A DNA stretch of 64,000 nt from Felis catus (Eukaryota), in NCBI RefSeq assembly GCF_018350175.1, contig NC_058368.1, positions 74,216,001 to 74,280,000 of the forward strand. Reading direction: 5' to 3'. Under the pieces are notes generated by a model that saw only the letters and a list, made by a program, of their open reading frames with translations, did no database searches and was not told the DNA's origin. This document shows, one piece after another, positions 63,590 through 64,000 of the stretch. Every line of letters begins with the position of its first letter. Within the stretch, counting starts at the first letter, position 1. The position numbers and the translations under genes are program-made.

Positions 63590-63814
63590 GGGACGCCTGG
63601 ATGGTTCAGTCGGTTGAGCGTCTGACTTCAGCTCGGGTCATGACCTCGCGGTTCGTGAGTTCGAGCCCCTCTTCGGGCTCTTTGCTAACAGCTCGGAGCC
63701 TGGAGCCTGCTTGGGATTCTGTGTCTCCCTCTCTCTCTGCCCCTCCCTCGCTCACATTCTGTCTCTCTCTCCTTCAAAAATAAATAAACATTAAAAAAAA
63801 TTAAAAAAAAAAAA
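63590..63814 (+). mobile_element. Can-SINE
   Basis: gggacgcctggatggttcag head; TSD agaaatgtattgga(g/t)a. Confidence 0.96.
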
Positions 63815-64000
63815 AGAAATGTATTGGATAGACTGGAGGAAGAATATACATAAACCTACTATCAGAACTAATATTGGGTCCTATGGACCTGACCCAAAGA
63901 TTTAGGAGTAAGATTGGAGGAAAAGGATATTTCCCACTTTAATTTCCCTAATAAACATACTTCGTGTATTGACCATTCAGAGTATTTGCAATGTCTCAAT

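Noticed and set aside
1115..63814. SINE strand bias (17 minus versus 9 plus) as evidence of a host gene
   Set aside because: The sample is small, and the bias is partly explained by four SINEs co-oriented within the T-rich strand of one L1.
1..64000. Protein-coding gene from the supplied ORF track
   Set aside because: All ORFs are 140 aa or shorter. Many are recurring Can-SINE translations (GAWVAQSV..., SLEPASDSVSPSLS) or fall in LTR/L1 remnants. I see no recognisable domain and no chain of same-strand exons.

Overview
AT-rich, repeat-dense mammalian genomic DNA from a cat-family (Felidae) genome. The assignment rests on 26 carnivore tRNA-derived Can-SINEs, including young SINEC_Fc-type copies, and a felid L1 3' end. 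I find no supportable protein-coding exon, functional RNA gene or CRISPR array, so the window looks intergenic or deep intronic. The supplied ORFs are SINE read-throughs, microsatellites or chance ORFs. Most of the window is layered transposon remains: L1, L2, L3/CR1, MIR, MLT1/MER21/LTR16 LTRs and hAT MERs. The most notable items are (1) an apparent ancient LF-SINE on the minus strand at about 41.3-41.7 kb, a family known for exaptation as enhancers and exons, overlapped by a plausible antisense cryptic exon; (2) a young tailless U2 snRNA 5'-fragment retrocopy with a perfect 15-bp TSD at 16.16 kb; (3) a local inverted duplication inside an old L1 at 59.4-60.9 kb; and (4) several candidate regulatory motifs in repeat-poor stretches. 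I see no evidence of a novel multi-gene system. Repeat family names come from consensus sequences recalled from memory and need RepeatMasker/Dfam confirmation.
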